Virus record (IMG/VR): IMGVR_UViG_3300032397_000005
Span: 41,444-105,443 of that record
DNA: 64,000 nt
DNA from: a virus
Direction: 5' to 3' (one strand)
Within the stretch, counting starts at the first letter, position 1. Each line of letters begins with the position of its first letter. Positions 62,417-64,000 of this stretch are shown here, in pieces. The position numbers were made by a program, and so were the translations under genes. Under the pieces are notes generated by a model, which saw only the letters and a list, made by a program, of their open reading frames with translations, made no database searches and was not told the origin of the DNA.

Positions 62417-64000
62417 ATGGCTTACACCATCACCCAGCGGTCACGGATAACGGCAGCGGATGGCGCTGTTCTAGACCAATTTGGTTGTTCGATAGGATTA
62501 AACGCCAACACCCTTATCGTAGGCGCTCAAGGCGTTGACGGTGCGGGGCACCCATACTGTGGCGCAGCGTACATCTATACTAGGCCAGCCATAGCCGGTG
62601 TTTGGTCGCTACAGCAAAAGTTGCAGGAGACTTTCCCGGCATACTTCGAGGAGCCCCTCCCTGTCCCTGGCGGGTATTGGCCGTACAATCTTCCGTTCAG
62701 GAGAAGCTACAAGAACCCATACTATGGCTGTTTGGTCGGCCTGTGGCAGGCGGACACTGCCGCAATAGCGGTCCGTCTACCGTGGGACGCCGCGTGGGAG
62801 CCACTGTATGAATCATGGGCCAGCCACTATCACCCAATGGATCCTTTCGGGGCTGGCCCGTTTGGTTATTGTGGCGGTCCTTGGCAGGTGATTACCTACA
62901 CGCGGGCTGCTGGCGTGTGGAGCCAGGCAACCATTGGGAAGTTAGTCCCGCTAAGCTACTACGCTTGGACAAGTCCCGCTAATCCATGGCCGGACCCTTC
63001 GAACGTGCCAACATCTATTCGTGCGTTCCCGTATTCCGTCTCCTCCCTTGCTGTGGGTGATGGGATTGTAGCCGCGGGTTGCATCCAGCGGAGTTGGAAC
63101 GAGTCCGTGTTTAGTTACTACGGGGTAAATTCCCACATGGGGTCGGGAGCGGTTACGGTGTTTAGTGGCGGGGTGGAGGTGTGTAGCATTGCGGACCCGG
63201 ACAGGCATCCAGGGGAGTTTGTCACTCCCTTCCCCTACTACGATAACCGCTTCGGGTCAAGTGTCTCCATTTGTCCGTTGACTGGGACAACGATGGTGAT
63301 TGGTGCCATCAAGGCGCTGGGTGGTTCTGGTCGAGGGCGGGTGTATGTCTTCACAGGTTCTGGGGGCAGCTGGTCTTTGCAACAAACGATATCCCCCGCC
63401 ACGGGGTCTTGTTCGACCTTTGGAACGAGTGTGGCGGTCTATGGCGACTACCTGGTTGTCGGCGCCCCCACGCTGGTCCGTGGGGAGGTCCATATCTATA
63501 AGCGAACGGGCGTGGTCTGGGCTGAGCAGGCGTTGCTTACAGACGCCGCTGGGGCTCGTTTCGGGTCCACAGTTGGCATTGACAAAAACACCGTGCTCGT
63601 CGGCGACCCAATGGTGGGCGCCGGGGCCTACGGACAGATCTCCGCCTACTACCGGGCTGGGACAACCTGGACCCTGGTCGGTAGAAAATACTCCACCCCA
63701 ACAGGCAACAGCGAGTACATGACCCAGCAAGGCGTGGCCGCCCTTGGAGATGGCGTACCGACCTACATGGCTGCGGTGCAGAGGTATTCCGCCGGGGCTA
63801 ACACAGGGGCGGTAGTTGAGTTCTATGTGGCCAGTCCAGGACCGGGCTACCCGAGCATCACCAACAATTCCCCGCTGTGGTCGGGGGTGCCCCCCAACGT
63901 GGACCTTACCTTCCAGTTGATAGACCCAGACCTGCGCGCCGACTTGGACCCCACCAAGACCCGGGTATGGGTCAACGGCGCCGTGATCTACGAAAACGAG
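62417..64000 (+). CDS. FG-GAP repeat beta-propeller protein, 3' partial (not in ORF track)
   Basis: Translated by hand and open to the window end: DQFGCSIG..LIVGA..GAAYIY, RFGSSVSI..MVIGA..GRVYVF, FGTSVAVYGDYLVVGAP..GEVHIY. Confidence 0.88.
   Translation, partial: MAYTITQRSRITAADGAVLDQFGCSIGLNANTLIVGAQGVDGAGHPYCGAAYIYTRPAIAGVWSLQQKLQETFPAYFEEPLPVPGGYWPYNLPFRRSYKNPYYGCLVGLWQADTAAIAVRLPWDAAWEPLYESWASHYHPMDPFGAGPFGYCGGPWQVITYTRAAGVWSQATIGKLVPLSYYAWTSPANPWPDPSNVPTSIRAFPYSVSSLAVGDGIVAAGCIQRSWNESVFSYYGVNSHMGSGAVTVFSGGVEVCSIADPDRHPGEFVTPFPYYDNRFGSSVSICPLTGTTMVIGAIKALGGSGRGRVYVFTGSGGSWSLQQTISPATGSCSTFGTSVAVYGDYLVVGAPTLVRGEVHIYKRTGVVWAEQALLTDAAGARFGSTVGIDKNTVLVGDPMVGAGAYGQISAYYRAGTTWTLVGRKYSTPTGNSEYMTQQGVAALGDGVPTYMAAVQRYSAGANTGAVVEFYVASPGPGYPSITNNSPLWSGVPPNVDLTFQLIDPDLRADLDPTKTRVWVNGAVIYENE

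Noticed and set aside
1-64000. Host assignment and tRNA genes
   Set aside because: High GC, NrdJ, ThyX and leaderless starts fit several phyla, and no tRNA cloverleaf was recognised by eye. Database and tRNA scans are needed.

Overview
This window is part of a large, GC-rich tailed phage genome with a contractile tail (myovirus type). No integrase, tRNA, rRNA or CRISPR array was recognised. There are four blocks. (1) 1-12.6 kb: nucleotide-metabolism and accessory genes, including the C-terminus of a peptidoglycan-binding protein, class II ribonucleotide reductase NrdJ, a papain-family protease, dCMP deaminase, ThyX, a 5'-3' exonuclease and a GIY-YIG protein. (2) 12.6-13.5 kb: a non-coding control region with an 18-bp palindrome, G-tracts and 3 x 39-bp repeats carrying inverted repeats, followed by a small HTH gene. 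(3) 14.3-20.5 kb: an array of eight gene cassettes, each headed by a conserved ~70-95 bp element (dyad + -35/extended -10 + leaderless ATG + shared leader peptide) and carrying small, partly paralogous or chimeric genes, including a RadC/JAB protein. (4) 21.7-64 kb: the morphogenesis region, with terminase, portal, MuF, XkdF-like protease, capsid, neck, sheath, tube, a chaperone with a -1 slippery site, tape measure, baseplate and fibre/adhesin genes. Two observations stand out. The MuF gene contains a contiguous intein whose endonuclease slot holds a complete zinc-finger + Vsr/DUF559 endonuclease gene in the +1 reading frame, with both frames open. The second is the promoter-leader cassette array. 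All calls come from motif recognition by eye; no database searches were run.
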